From Lytechinus pictus (taxonomy: Eukaryota), in NCBI RefSeq assembly GCF_037042905.1, contig NC_087252.1, positions 19,656,001-19,720,000 of the forward strand: a DNA stretch of 64,000 nucleotides, given 5' to 3'. Under the pieces are notes generated by a model. The model worked only from the letters and a program-made list of their open reading frames with translations. It did no database searches and was not told where the DNA came from. Below are positions 12,973-27,320 of this stretch, piece by piece (positions within the stretch are counted from its first letter, which is position 1; each line of letters opens with the position of its first letter). Made by a program: the position numbers and the translations under genes.

Positions 12973-13869
12973 ATATTTTCACCAATTACCTACAGATATA
13001 CATGACAAAATCAGTTGTCGATGTTTGAACTAATCATTCCAAGAGACACAGAAACAAATTGAGATCGATTATGATCTCATCGGATTTTCACAAGCCCGCA
13101 CACAATAAATGCACTTTCTACACTCCATAGGAGGATTTAGTCAAGAGTTTTGAATAAGCATATTACCACTCTGGCTTATTACCACTTCTAAAGATGGACA
13201 GTCAACCTGCCAAAACGTTGAGTAACCTCTCTTACTTCAACCTGCTACTACTCAAATCATCGCTACTCAAGCCATATTCAGCTCATCTCATCTGGTTTAC
13301 AGTCCTTTTTCAGGACTTCACTCACTTTCAAGAAAAGACTACCTCTAATTTCCTCTTTTCATCCTTTCTGGTCTTTCCATTTCAATCTTTCTGCCTGTAT
13401 TTCCTTTCCCTTCTTCATATTACACATGGTGAACCGTAAACCTTCCCCCACGTACATATTACCATATTCCCTTACTGTGCATGTACTCAGACTAATCTAG
13501 AAAGTTTCTGTTTTCTACATGTCGTCACTAACAGATTCTGTAAGCTTGCACACACTGTATACATGTACACTTTCTCCGCACCCAGGGGAGCATACCCGGA
13601 GCATGCAAGCAAGAGTTTACACACTCTATTATTAGGCATGATTATAAATTATCCCCTGACTTTGAATACTAAAACTGTACTTGACTAGAAAAGGTTTGTT
13701 TTCAATTGATATTCCCCAAATATGCCTCAAGCCTTGAACCACACTCCACACTCTGTGACATTGACTGGGTGTATGGGTCATAAAAAGTGCACAAAGACGC
13801 CTTTAGTTGCTGGTATGTGCAAACAATAAACCAAACAATGGAAACGTCAATCATACACATATGATTCAT

Positions 13870-15375
13870 CCCGACACTCCCAGTCTCTCTCTCTCTCTCT
13901 CTCATTTTCACTTTTCTATTAACGTTTGTAGTTGTATGTCTTTTTGCTTTCTGTTATTTACCTTGCGCCCATCAGTTCTGTATGTCTTTACAAATATTTT
14001 TCTCTCTCTTGAAGCAATCCTGATTAGTCACTTTTCCGTCTTTCTTTCATTCTTTCTTTCTCTATATCCTTCTCTCTCAATTTATTTCTTTCTTTTTCTC
14101 TTTCATTCTTTGTCTCCTTGAATAGATGACAACACTCTCAGTCTCTCTTTCTCTCTCATTTTCACTTTTCTATTATTTTTTTTTAGTTGCATGTCTTTTT
14201 GCTTTGTATTATTTACCTTCCGCCCATCAGTTCTACATGTCTTTACAAACATTTTTTCCTCTTGAAGCAATCCTGATTGGTCTCTTTTTCCGTCTTTCTT
14301 TCATTCTTTCTCTATATCCTTCTCTCTTAATTTATTTCTTTCTTTTTCTCTTTCATTCTTTGTATGTGTCTCCTTGAATAGATGACAACACTCTCAGTCT
14401 CTCTTTCTTTCTCATTTTCACTTTTCTATTATCGTTTGTAGTTGCATGTCTTTTCGCTTTCTGTTATTTACCGTCCATCCTAACTGTCTTTACAAATATA
14501 ATGCTTTTGCATTTTTCTCTCAAAGCAATCCTGATTTGTCTCTTTCTCTGTCTTCATTCTTACTCTACCCTTCTTTCTCAATTTATTTCTTTTTCTCTTT
14601 CATTCTTTGTCTCCTTGAGTAGATGACAACACTCTCAGTCTCTCTTTCTCTCTCATTTTTACTTTTCTATTACCGTTTATAATTGTATGTCTTTTTTATT
14701 TCTATTTTTTACCTTCCATCCAACCTGTGTCTTTACAAATAACGCTTTTTCTTTTTCTCTCGAAGCGGTCCTGATTCGTCTCATTCTTCATTCTTTCTCC
14801 ATCCCTCTCTCTCTCAATTTATTTCTTTCTCTTTCTCTTTCATTCTTTGTCTCCTTGGATAGATGACAACACTCTCAGCCTCTCTTTCTCTCTCATTTTT
14901 ACTTTTCTATGATCGTGTCATCTCTTCGCTTTCTGTTATTTACTTTCCGCCCATCCATTTTACAATTATAATGCATTTGCATTTTTCTCTCGAAGCAATC
15001 TTGAGATTTCTCTGTCTTCATTCTTTCTCTATTCTTATTCTTCCCTCGATCTCAATTTATTTCTGTCTTTTTCTCTTACATTCTTTATATGTGTCTCCTT
15101 GAAGAGAAGACAACACTTTCGACCAGCCCCTCTCCCTCTCTCATTTTCACTTTTCTTTTATCGTTTGTAGCTGCATGTCTTTTTGCTATTTATTACCTTC
15201 CAAACATCCATCTTGTGTGTCTTTACAAATAACAATTTTTTTTCTCTCTTCAAAGCAATCCTGATTTGTCTCTTTCTGTCTTTTTTCATTCTTTCTCTAA
15301 CAATACTCTATTCTTGTTTCTCAATTTATTTCTTCTCTTTCTCTTTCATTCTTTATATGTGTCTCCTTGAAGAGA
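13870..15375. repeat. CT-rich tandem repeat, ~6 units of ~240-270 bp
   Basis: CTCCTTGAATAGATGACAACACTCTC recurs at ~14115, 14371, 14612, 14852, 15096, 15364. Confidence 0.9.
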
Positions 15376-15506
15376 TGAGGGGATTGGCAGTAGGTTAGGA
15401 AATAATGGGCACTGGGTTAGGGAATTAGGAAGTCAAGCCCTCTTTGAAGTCATGCCCCTTCTATAATTTGAGAACTGCCCAATGAATAGTATATTGTACA
15501 GCAAAA

Positions 15507-16015
15507 CCCGGGGGGGGGGGCACTCAGTATATAATGCATAGTGGGTATGTGCCGCGGAGGGGACCCCCATTTTTACACTCAAATTTCCGTTCCAAGGCAT
15601 AGCATTTTTGTCTTATTGAGAAAAAGAACACAGAAGGCCGCTCCAAAGCATAGTATTTTCTTCTTATCGAGAAAAAAGAAGAAAGAAATCCGCTCCAAAG
15701 CTTCGCATATTTTCCGTTACGATGTTCCAGCGGTATTGATCTGCTACAATGAGCCGCAAAGCGCTGTCCGACCATCGCATCTGCGCTAGCGCACCCGTGC
15801 CGCCGGGCTAGCTGCATGCACGTATGCCCGTTCCATAGGGATGATGAATACACAATCACACGCAGGCGACCCGTTCCAAGGACCCCCGTTTTCACAAACA
15901 TTTGTTGTTCCGAAGCCCGTTCCGAGGACCCTCCTTTTTACAATAAGCCCGCTCCAAGGCCCCCTTTTTTTTTCTCGCCCGCGGCACATATCCACTACTT
16001 TTTTGGTCGAGTTTT
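15507..16015. mobile_element. Unclassified GC-rich non-autonomous element (CCCG(n)CACTC start)
   Basis: Subterminal inverted repeat GTGGGTATGTGCCGCGG (15541) / CCGCGGCACATATCCAC (~15979); internal CCG(T/C)TCCAA repeats. Confidence 0.6.
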
Positions 16016-16914
16016 TCTGATGCCCTATCAAAGCTACATTATCTGTGTTGACAAATAAGAAAAGACAGTTCGGTCATAAAAAACAAAATTAATTATTAAT
16101 TGATAAGTCTACATTTGACTTTACTTTACTGAGTGAATGTAATTTAAACTAGAAATGGGAAACCGATGTTCAAATGTGACATTGAGTTAAACATAGACAG
16201 CTCTCGTCTTCGCTGTAAATCATAAGTCATCAATGACTTGTGGGGACAGCTCATTTTCTCTCCGGCGATAATCATAAGATCACACCTCATATCAATTGGA
16301 GTAAAATATGACATTTAATGTCTTTTATAATCGTTTTGTAGTACTCAAAAGCAAAATGTGGAAACTGGAAATGGTCCCTTAATATAAAGGTCTATTTGGT
16401 CAAATCTATACTATTCTTATAAAAAAATCTACACTTTACTGTAGTGATGACAACTTCCAAAAATTCAATTTTTTTGTTCCTTTTTTCTCGCTTGTTTGCT
16501 TGCTTCCTTACTTGTCCAAGTACATGTACATGTATGTTCTTATTTTACCAATCTGCTTTTTTTCTATTTGGGTAGAGTTCATTCTCTTTAAGTTTGCAGG
16601 CTACCAGCATCTTCGGACCAAAATTGAGTAGGCCTACTGAAAAACAGTTCAAGTCCATGGCAGGTAATTTCTTAATGAAAGTAAAAATGGGCAATAATTG
16701 CTGACACACATCCCATTTCACATTTCCCTGCAATGGTAAGTTGATATCTCTCCTCAAAACAACTTGACCAATCTGGACTACCTGCAAATCCAATGGACTA
16801 GTGCCTCGATTTTCTTCTAAAAACGTTATTTTAATTTTTTGTACAATGCCATTTGCTATACGAACTTTACAGTAGTTGTTAAACAGTTACAAATAATTGT
16901 CCTGTAAACATACT

Positions 16915-17228
16915 GGCCCGTATTCTGAAGTCAGGTTTAACTTAGACCATGGTCTATCTCTGTGCTAAAGTTATGGGAAGCCAAAAGTGTCAACATTTTT
17001 ATCAAGTTGTATGTTTCTGTTGTTTACTTTGCTCTTTCCTGATTCATCAATGGTGAAGACAATCATCTACTTATACTTCCTAGAAAATAATGAATGATTT
17101 GAGAGCCAAATGAGCTGAAATATGATATCTCTAGTACTGTTAGTGATTTATGTAACAATTGGCTATCCATACTTAAACCACAACTTTAAACCTGAGTTTA
17201 AGTAAAACCCGACTTCAGAATACGGGCC
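16915..17228. mobile_element. PIF/Harbinger-like MITE, 3-bp TSD ACT
   Basis: GGCCCGTATTCTGAAGTC...GACTTCAGAATACGGGCC flanked by ACT/ACT. Confidence 0.88.
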
Positions 17229-18932
17229 ACTATATCTTTATTAATATTATGTTTATCTACATGTATCTCTAGATCGTGAGCTGAAGATTTATCGAAGGAC
17301 AGTACCGGTAGTCAGTAGTACAAATTTTCATATGATAGGAGGTATGTATGATGGGGTGAATAGATTTTGAACATGATGCAGTGGAGACTACTAATTTTGT
17401 CTTTTTAATCTAATCACAACAAAATTCTACTTTACTTGAGCATATATAAGAACATACCCTTATTTTCAAATTAGCTTTTCATATAAAACTAAATGTAGGC
17501 CTACATAATTTGCCCATGGAGGTATCTTTATACAAGTACACTCCATGCTCTGACTTGTAGACTAAAAATACCCTCCTGAACATACATGTAGTCTGTATGC
17601 ACAGACCCTGGTTTACACAATACGCAGAGTGCATAATGCAGAGTCTGTAGTAGTGAGACTAGATTCACTATGTACTGTGGCTGGCTCTTTGTTTGACACA
17701 GACAGAAAGCTTGCGTCTATAGTCTCCATTCTAGACATGGTATAATTGGTTTAAGTGTCAAAGGTGAGTCTGTGCTTGCAGACTATGCAAAACATAAGGT
17801 TGTGTGCCAGCTCACATGGCCAAGGAAAAGGGGGTGCTGTAAGCCAGCTAAAACAAACAACTAAACAATAGAGCTGCCAATCACTGGTAACGTGACCTTT
17901 TACATGACCTGGCCCGTCACTCAAGTGAGACCTGGTGCTATTAAACCACAATCAAAACACACCAAAATAAAAATGAGATGCAAGCCTTGCTAGACCCTTG
18001 GTGTAACAAGCATGAACCTAAAAAACAATGCATGCCTGATGGCTGGAAGCTTCTTGGCTGGCTAGACATTTCAAGATCTGGTGGTGGTAATGATGAGGAA
18101 AACGGAAGTCAGAAACTGTGAGCTACCATACAATGTGTACAAAAGTTACAAACACTCCTATGTACTTTAAAGGCCTATTCACCACATAAACAAGTTGGTT
18201 TAAATCAAAATAGAAAAATCAACCTTACGTAACACTCAAAATTCATCATAATAGAATGGAAAATGAGAAAGTTGTGACATTTTCAACAATTCCAGTTTTC
18301 CGGAAACAATAGCTGTGGGCTATTATAAGTATATAATGCACAAAACAGCAGTATGTGCATGCGATTCAATTCTACCAGGCCTCAATTGCTTTTCCATTTA
18401 GGCCTACAATATGAAATATGACCAAACAAAAAATGTCTCATATGACTTATGATTTGACTGCTACCTGAATAACTGTGAAATCATCATTACTGTAGTGTTA
18501 TTTTGAACCATTGAAGAATTATGGATCAAATCTTGAAAAAAATATTCTACATGTATATTTCATATGAAAAGAGTGTTATTACAATTGACTTTTGTGCCTA
18601 TAGCCTACTAGTGAAACTTTTATCCGATTTGATGTTCAAAGCTTTTTTATAGTTTCATACTAACGTCTATATTTTATTACAAATTGTATACTGTTTCCCT
18701 TTTTTATCAATATTAAGCTGATTTATATTAGACTTAATGTTAGATTTTAGACTATACCTAGTTTGATACACATGTTTTATGACATCTGACAAATAGTAAA
18801 TTGTTTGAAATCAAGTCATCTTTAGAGTTTAGATAAACAAAATGTAATTCAGAATGACAGTTACCTACATACACTGTACAACACGATCTTTATGCTAGTT
18901 GCATAGATCGACATCAAAAGCAAATCCAAACC

Positions 18933-19415
18933 ATGATGATGATGGTGGTGATGGTGATGATGGTGATGGTGATGGTGATGATGATGGTGATGGCGCATGA
19001 TGATGATGGTGATGGTGATGATGGTAATGATGATGATGGTGATGATGATGATGATGGTGCATGATGATGATGGTGATGGTGATGATGGTGATGATGATGA
19101 TGATGATGATGGTGCATGGTGATGGTGCATGAGGATGATGGTGATGATGATGATGATCGATGATGATGATGATGGTGATGATGATGATGATGATGAAGAT
19201 GACAGGGGCCGCGGAACGGTTTTCAAAGTGGCGAAGGGGCTGAGCCAAAAGTGGGGGGGCTGACCATGCAAAAATCACAATCCTATGGTCGTTTTTGTAC
19301 ACGGTTTTGGAAAAAAGTGGGGGGCTGAAGCCCCCCACCCCCGCTTCCGTGGCCCCTGGATGATGATGATGGTGAAGATGATGATGATGAGGGTGAAAAT
19401 GATGATGATGAGGAG
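18933..19415. repeat. (GAT/GGT)n microsatellite interrupted by a small MITE
   Basis: Direct reading. Confidence 0.95.
19203..19358. mobile_element. 156-bp hAT-like MITE
   Basis: CAGGGGCCGCGGAA...TTCCGTGGCCCCTG; near-identical 8-bp flanks GAAGATGA/GATGATGA. Confidence 0.7.
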
Positions 19416-22232
19416 GATAACTACATGAATTAACGGATGTTGAATGCATAGCTGACCTTTGCACTTGTTTGCTAATGCTATCATTATATTATTTGCCATA
19501 TACATTTTTAACTACATTCATATACCAAAATGGTGAATGAATAGTACTTCTTTGATAGCTCCAGGAAAGGTAAGTGTACCGGTACTTGAATTATATGGTT
19601 CTGGGACTTCTGGCAGCCATCATGCACACAAGGCATGTATTTATCTCCTTTTTACTGCATAATTTCATGATACATGTACTTTCATACTTTTGCTGGAAAT
19701 GACAAAAAAAAAAAAAAAAAAAATCTTGAAGGCTCATATCTTGTATTTGGATCTTCAGCATCATCTGTTATTGCCTACATGTAAATCAAAAATTATAATA
19801 TTACAGGATTGGTATTTTGAAAATGTGTTCATTCATCAATAACTAAAAGTTTACACATTGTTTTTTAGAGTGCATGGCCAAGCAATATGAGGCAATGTGT
19901 CAATGAATACAGGCCCTCTGGAAAAAGCACAGTGAATATATTCAATTATTAGCCAGATCAAGGAAAAGTATGAACTTTTAAGACCTAAATCCCAGAATTA
20001 TTCACAATTTTTTCAAAGAAATTGGCAAATGGAAGCAGGTCACAGAAAAATATATACCGGTAGGCCTGTAGAACCATGCGATACCCGGCGTTCACTAATT
20101 TCTTGGAGTATCCTTGAATTTTGAATTTGGAAAAGAATTGTGATTTTAACAAACTAGTCATTTTATGTTGAAGTATATTTAATTTAGGCAGTCATTCAGT
20201 GTACAACCAAGGAGATATCACTCTATCTCCTTGGTACAACATTTCATGATTCATCTACTAGTTTTCAATGCAATCATTCATGAAAAATGAGACATGTGAA
20301 TTTCAGTATGCAAATAATCTTCAGGGCGCGACAAACCTGTTTGCCGGGGGCAAGTGAAAATGATGTGAAGCATTTCTCAAAGTCAATAGCCCCATCGGGT
20401 AGGTGGTTGTTTTTTTAATGAATAAAATGACAGTAAATTTCAATAATTTTTGGATAATTCAAAATTATCGGCCAATTATCTCTCATAAAATTTGAAAGAA
20501 ATGTATGATTTTCTTGGAAAAAAACCCAGCCAGTCATTTTCAGATTGAACAAAAAAATTGTCCCCTATGCCCATTCGCTTACACACCATTCAGGGATTTC
20601 GTTAAGAAAGGCCGCATTTTGAGGTCGTCACATAAAATGCCTAAAATTCATTCCTTTTCCACCATTTTGAGTCAGATTTTTTAATGAATACCTTTCTATG
20701 TAAAGTTTGTGACCAGTCGCAAATACACATGTGTGCGGACAACGGGGACTGCGAAGACTTGGAGGACCTCACCATGTACTACATGATTTGCATTTTGTAG
20801 AGGCCTGATCTTTTACTGGATTTTCAAATTAATCAGAATTATACATAGTATTGAATCACTTAATTGTGAGATAATTTAGATGATTGAAAGCTTTTGTTTT
20901 TTTAATAAAGGCCAGCTTAGTTTCAAATTGTAGCCAATCGTATGATTGCTATGAGGTCATGAGGACTAGATATCAAATTCCCTTTTATTCTATAGTCACA
21001 GATTTGAACATACATGTAGGTATTTGTACGATGATTTAGGACACTACACAGTAAGATATTTCATGTCTCGATATTAGCATCAAATTCTACTACGTATTAT
21101 AACAAAATTAGTTCGCAGACTAATCGTAGTGCTTTCACATACAAGGCAAAAAATTAATTTTTAATTTTTGGGAGCAACTTTTCACAGCTTACATTCAGGT
21201 ACATATGCCTGTATTTTATAAAATCAAGAGCGGTTTTTCTTGTTTCTAATTTAGAGAAAAACCTTTAACCATATACCGGTACACGATATACCTACTCAAT
21301 TGAGAAATAATGGACTTCTGTTTTTTAACAGATGAGGGTCATGGCAAGAGAGGCTCTTGAAAGGGATAAACCATTGAACATATGTCTTCATTTTCTTTTC
21401 TCCTTCCTCTCCATTTATTCTTCTTTTTTTTTCTTATTTACACAGCTGTCCAGAAATTGTCAAATGTAATTTCCCAATATTTAATTTCCTGTGGACTGTG
21501 TTTAAAGGGGAAGTTGCCCATAAAAAAAGTTAAAAATCTGATTATACATGTATGTATTTGCTAACTTCAGGGTGCAAGCAATGTGTACAAATGGGAAACT
21601 TAAAGGACAAGTCCACCACAAAAAAAGAGAAATCTAACAAGCATAACCCTGAAAATTTCATCAAAATTGAATGTAAACTAAGAAAGTTATGACATTTCAA
21701 AGTTTCACTTAATTTCACAAAACAGTTTATATGCACATTCTGGTCGGTATGCAAAATGAGTTATGATACTTGACATAGAAAAAAGATAATTTATTTTTCA
21801 TAGCAAATAACATTTTCTTGAAAGAGGTTCAAAAATTTTTAACTTTAAAATGGCTAACTCTAATACTGAAAGCTCACAGAATATATGGTTTATAGAAAAC
21901 AGCAATTTGAACGTCTCTTACAGTATTTGCAGAAGGTGTACTGAAAAATGAGCCAATATTTGGAAATGATTCTGTTTTAATAAGTTCTAATTCATAAAAT
22001 GATTTTCGATTTCATTTCCTTAAGTTGATAGATCTGAAATTTGTATACTATAAATTTTACACCATAATATCCTTTAAAATTATATAACAAAGATGGAGCC
22101 AATGTTTGAAATGATATTCAAAAATTCATTTTTTTTATTACCGAAGCTTAGATTCAGTCTCATGTACTAAATATAAAGCTTTTTAATCTTCATTAGGATT
22201 TGACATGATCCAAACATTCCCTCAACATCTTA

Positions 22233-22619
22233 TACCCCTTTCATAAACCCAATTATGCGGCTAATAGCAGCATAATTTGGTCGTAAAATCAGAGGACAAG
22301 AGTTATCCGCATTATTCTGATGCTGCTATTATCCGCATAATAGCGGCATCGGGACAAGATTTTGAGTTTATGAACGTATTTCCAAATAATGCAGATAATT
22401 GCCATGGTGCGGTCACAAGGTCACCCTTTTCCAACACAACCGCATCAGACGGGGCGTGTCCAGTTGTCATGACGATTATCCGCCTTTTTCAGGACGGGCG
22501 CTCGTAAAAATAATGCGGATAATTTTCGGAGTTTGTGAACGCAATTTTTATTGAATTATCCGCATTACTCTTAGGCGGCTAATTGGAGGATAGGTTTTAT
22601 TGGGTTTATGAAAGGGGTA
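22233..22619. mobile_element. PIF/Harbinger-like MITE, TSD TTA
   Basis: TACCCCTTTCATAAACCCAAT...ATTGGGTTTATGAAAGGGGTA flanked by TTA/TTA. Confidence 0.85.
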
Positions 22620-23854
22620 TTAGTGTTATTAAAAAAGAGACAGAAAAACTGATTGCACATAGAGTAAAACATAAATAAGAAAATGATCTGTAAATTTATG
22701 TTAAGTCAAACTCCTCACAGAACTTTTTCTTTCAAAAAACCATCACCTACATGTACAACAGATTTTTTTTTAACCGGTCTTTTCTGCTATCAACTGTCAA
22801 TCATATTCGACTGACCTTAATGCCTTGCGCCTGATGTTTAAATGATTAAAGATATTTGATGGGAATCAAACAGAAATCTTTTTTATTCATCAAGTTTAGA
22901 AAATGATTTTTATTTTGGATAGCAGAGCATAGGATTAAGTGTTTATGCACATTTTTTCCTGAAGCAAAAAATATTTCCAAATTCTACCTCTTTAAAGCCC
23001 ATCCAAATTTTTGGTAAAGGTTCAGTTATCAGTATCATGTTGGACTAATGTAGTAATATTCGACTTCAAAATCATAACAACGGTTTAATCCATTTATTCT
23101 TTGTAAAAACTTAATTTTAAGATTGAGGATACGAGACATATTCCAGTTGATTTTCAATTTGTAATTTCATATTCATTTCCTAGACTTTGGTTGCACTGTT
23201 TAAAAAATTGATGATGTCTCAACTAATTGTGTTGTTCCCATTTTAGGCAATATTGTTGAAAAACATACCCTGTAATTCAAACATACATTGTTACAAAATT
23301 ACTGATCATTGTAAAATATATATTTCAATGTGTTGGAAATTTGCAATTTTAGACAGAATTTCGTTCCCAGCACGGCATGGCAGGCTTCATTATGCACTGT
23401 GGCGTATGGCTCTGATCTCTCACTCTAACAACAAGTTGGTAAACTTTTAAACAGTTGTTTAAACTTTTTTCATGTATACAACTTGTTTAAAAAGTACAAA
23501 AGTTGATAGAATGACAGGCTTACCAACATGCTTAAAATTTTACAGTGTAGTAGATAATTGGTTGTTTACATTAACAGTTCAAATTCTTAGAGCGATGGGC
23601 TGAAGCAACATTGCTTACATTTTTAGCAGTCAAGAGTTGCTGGAGTTTAGATACTCTATTGCAGGCTTTTCCATTTTACATGTTTATCTTACAAAACTTA
23701 CATAATAATAAAATAATAATAATATAGGATTTAATTAGCACACGTATCCACCTTGTTAGGTGCTCAAGGCACTCCCATATCTGGCTAAACAAGTCTACCA
23801 TAGGTTTCTGATATCGCAATCACTAAGTTTGTAAGATACTTAAATGAATCTATT

Positions 23855-24040
23855 ACACTGTAAAAACGCTGTTTAAAATTCTAAGCATGTTGTTTAAGCC
23901 CATCACTCTAACCACTATTGTTTAAACCCTTTTAATCAACTGTTTAAACGTTTTAAACAACTGTGTAAACTTTTTAAACAAGTTGTTTAAAAAGTTAGAG
24001 TGACGGGCTTAAACAACGCGCTATTTTTTTTTACTGTGTA
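23855..24040. mobile_element. Small TA-flanked MITE (CACTGTAAAAA termini)
   Basis: TACACTGTAAAAA...TTTTTACTGTGTA; internal TTTAAAC repeats; related fragment ~23420-23550. Confidence 0.6.
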
Positions 24041-24347
24041 TTAAGAAAATAAAAACAGTATACATGTAGAAAGAGAGGAGGCTAAATTTTAAAAATTACA
24101 ATTCAAATGTTTACAAAGAAACAGCAAAGAATAGAATAAGCATCCACTACGCTTCATTAAAATTTGTACAAGTGTGTTAGGTGATACAATTCACAATCAT
24201 TGACCCTTTAAAATACCTGTAGAATTTAAGATAATTTTCAGAGATTTATCTGCAAAATTCAAAACAGGATTTTGTGAAGTGGTAATAGAAGTAACTGTCA
24301 ATCATAGTCACAGGTTTATTCAATTTCAAACGCTTTAAAATGATTAA

Positions 24348-25389
24348 AGGTCAAAATCATCCCAGAGACATGTTGATTTGAATCAATAAAGTAAAATCAA
24401 ACAAGCATAACACTGAAAATTTGAAAAATTCATAAAAATCGGATTTAAAACAAGAAAGTTACAACTACTTAAAATTTTGCTTATTTTTCACAAATATTTC
24501 ACAGATGTCCCTCACTCACTATTTCTTTTGTTTTTTTATTGTTTGAATTATACAATAATGCATTTTTTACAGATTGACAATAAGGACCAACTTGACTGAA
24601 CCATTCATGTTAAAACAGTGGTAATTCAACATGTTCAGGGAGGAAAAAACTTTGTTTTACAGGAAAGTGAGGAGAAACCTAGAATATTTCATATAATAAA
24701 ATACAAAGAAATAGTGAGTGGATGATGTCATCAGTCCCCTCATTTGCATACTGACCAAGATGTGCATAATAGCTGTTCTGTAAAATTAAGTGAAAGTTAA
24801 AATGTACAAACTTTCTTATTTTACATGTATGATGGTGGGCCCCAAATCTGCACACCTAACAATTTGAGTTAAGATTTAACATGAATTTCTTCTTATTTCA
24901 CAAAATCTTTTGGTTAATAGTGTTCCTTATATTATTAAGAGTAAGTGTACCAAATTTCTCATTTAAAAATGAAAGAAAATATAAGATTTTCTTGAAAAAA
25001 CCTTTGGGCAGTCATTTTCAGATTGAAAAAAAAATGGTACCCCATGTCTGCGCACTCATTCTCTTTGCACGAGATTCAGGGATTTTGATGACAAAGGCTG
25101 CATTTTGAGGCCGTCACATGAAATGCCCTGAATTCATTATTTTTCCACTATTTTGAGTGAAATTTTTTAATGAATACCTGTCTATGTATTGCATGTGTAA
25201 AGTTCGTGCTCGTTGCATATCTTCTTTTACTAGAATCGCGCAGATACGCGGGTGCGCAGACTTGGGAGACCGCGCAGACATGGGGGAACTGACCATACAT
25301 GTACATCCAATTTTGATGAAGTTTTCAGTTGTGTACTTTGGATTTTCTCTTTTTATTCAAATCAACTTTTTGTTGGGGTGGACTTGTCC
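24348..25389. mobile_element. Kolobok-like family A MITE with nested ~465-bp element (24830-25295)
   Basis: Host matches 3089-3686 on both sides of the insert; the insert is related to ~20530-20760 and ~53670. Confidence 0.8.
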
Positions 25390-27168
25390 TTAATTCATAT
25401 ACTACATGCCTACATAGTACATCCCAAAAAGTATTTGGAGAATAAACACTATCTCAATAACATTTTACAGGCACTATTTTTTGTTTTCATTACAGTTGGG
25501 GACTTGAGTTTGGGACACAACTCATGGGTTAAATAAATAGTATACAAATATATCACTACCAGGCTTTGAGTAAGTATAGCAGGAATTATTTGTCCCAATG
25601 TGGACTGGCATTACTTTTTACTTATTTACTATAAATTTTGCCAGTACAACCGAGGATGAATAATTACTGTACCTCTATACTTTCGAAATAAAGGCCTGGT
25701 ATATTTGTTTTACATGAATATCCTACATTTAATCAGAACGTTACAGTCCTTGATAATCTAGTTCTTGTGCACGTAGTTTATCTTTTTTTAATCTGAACCA
25801 AAATATAGATAACGGGCTGCACTGACTGATGCATACTTTTCCTGAAGCTACATGCTAAAAGAGCTAGAGCAGAATGCAGATTTGTGCCTGCGCCTGAGAG
25901 ATTACGCGATCTGTGTCAATGATCTGTACCATCAATGATGGAATAGTGCACTTTTCCATCCTTGACGTCACAGAATAATAATTTTTCTTCACGGGGGTTC
26001 ATTTTCAACATCATCGCAAAATAGTGAGAATATGTTTGGTCACACGATGCTATTTAAACCAATCAGCATACATGATTTAATTTATGTAGGATATAATTAA
26101 CCTAAAATATATATGGTAATTGATTTAATATCAAGGAATTATCAAAGACAACCCACACTGTCAAAATAAATAATGGTTAAAAACATTACAAAATGTACAT
26201 CAATGAATTTTTCAGGTTTTCAAAATAAAACTGGCCTTTTCGATAAATGATGTTATACATGTATCATTGAAGTTGGGGGTGGCAATAGTTCACCCCCTCC
26301 CCCTAAACATAAGGTTTGCTGCTTGAATTTAAGCCAGTGACAAGATAACAGCTGTGCCCAGCAGTGCCCCCCCCCCCCCCATCACTCTGATATGAAGAAA
26401 TGTTGCCTATGCTAGTCTGATTTTTTTTTCAAGCAGTGTATATAAAAAAAAATGTAAATAGCTTCAGCTTGATATAAGAATCACACAATTTGCTCTAGCT
26501 ATCGTGCAACATACCAACACTCAACAGGCATACCCAAGCCTACAAATAAGATCAATCCAAACCAAAATAGTGCTCACAACAAGCCGCACTATTTCTCAAA
26601 ATATTGTCTAAAATTTTCAATTGTATTTTTCCAAAAAAATGTTTAAGCATGATTGTGTTCTGTCTGCAGTAAAGCAGAGGTACACAACATAGTTTGCAAG
26701 AAGCAATTTCATAGCTAGCACATGTTAAAAGAAGAAACCTTCACGTCTTATTAGACTGCATCATATATATACTACATGGGGATCATCTCTCTGAACTTGC
26801 TCACACATGCATAAAATACGGCCACACAACACGCATACACCAAAGCAAACGCGCCGTGGTGATAAACGAATAAATCATACAGCAACCTCGCCTTTCCACA
26901 CATAGAACACTCCCAACACAAAAAACGGGCGTTATATACGGCTGCCACTCACACACACTCAATATTGCTATTCCCACTCACAACAAAGAAATCCCGAAAA
27001 CTGCGCCAGAAATTCCTCCCGATTTCAACGAAAAATTAATCGTTATAGTCATATCTAAAAATTTGCGAGGGTTATGATGAATTCTAGATGTGTATTAGCT
27101 TGTTTTCTACGAGTAAATGTGGGTGAATTAAAAGTGACAGAATAAGAAAGAAATTTTGAGTGACATAC

Positions 27169-27320
27169 CTTCGAAGTGTCAGTCAGGCATCAAAAGCGAC
27201 CAAGTTAGATTATGGCGGCGGGGCCGCTATACAACAAGGCTATGCACTGATTGACATACGTCACAGTATTCATGCATAATGCATAAAATTCTAATGTTTT
27301 ATTAATATTGGGCGGAGTCT
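27169..27320 (-). promoter_or_regulatory. Probable PKNOX promoter and non-coding first exon
   Basis: Locally CpG-rich; GAAG/gtatgt donor at 27168; YY1-like CCGCCAT (27212-27218); GC box GGGCGGAG ~27310; TGANTGACA sites. The link to PKNOX is inferred. Confidence 0.55.

Noticed and set aside
18861..19505. His-rich and Ile-rich ORFs
   Set aside because: Translations of a (GAT/GGT)n microsatellite; open in several frames, with no splice or homology support.
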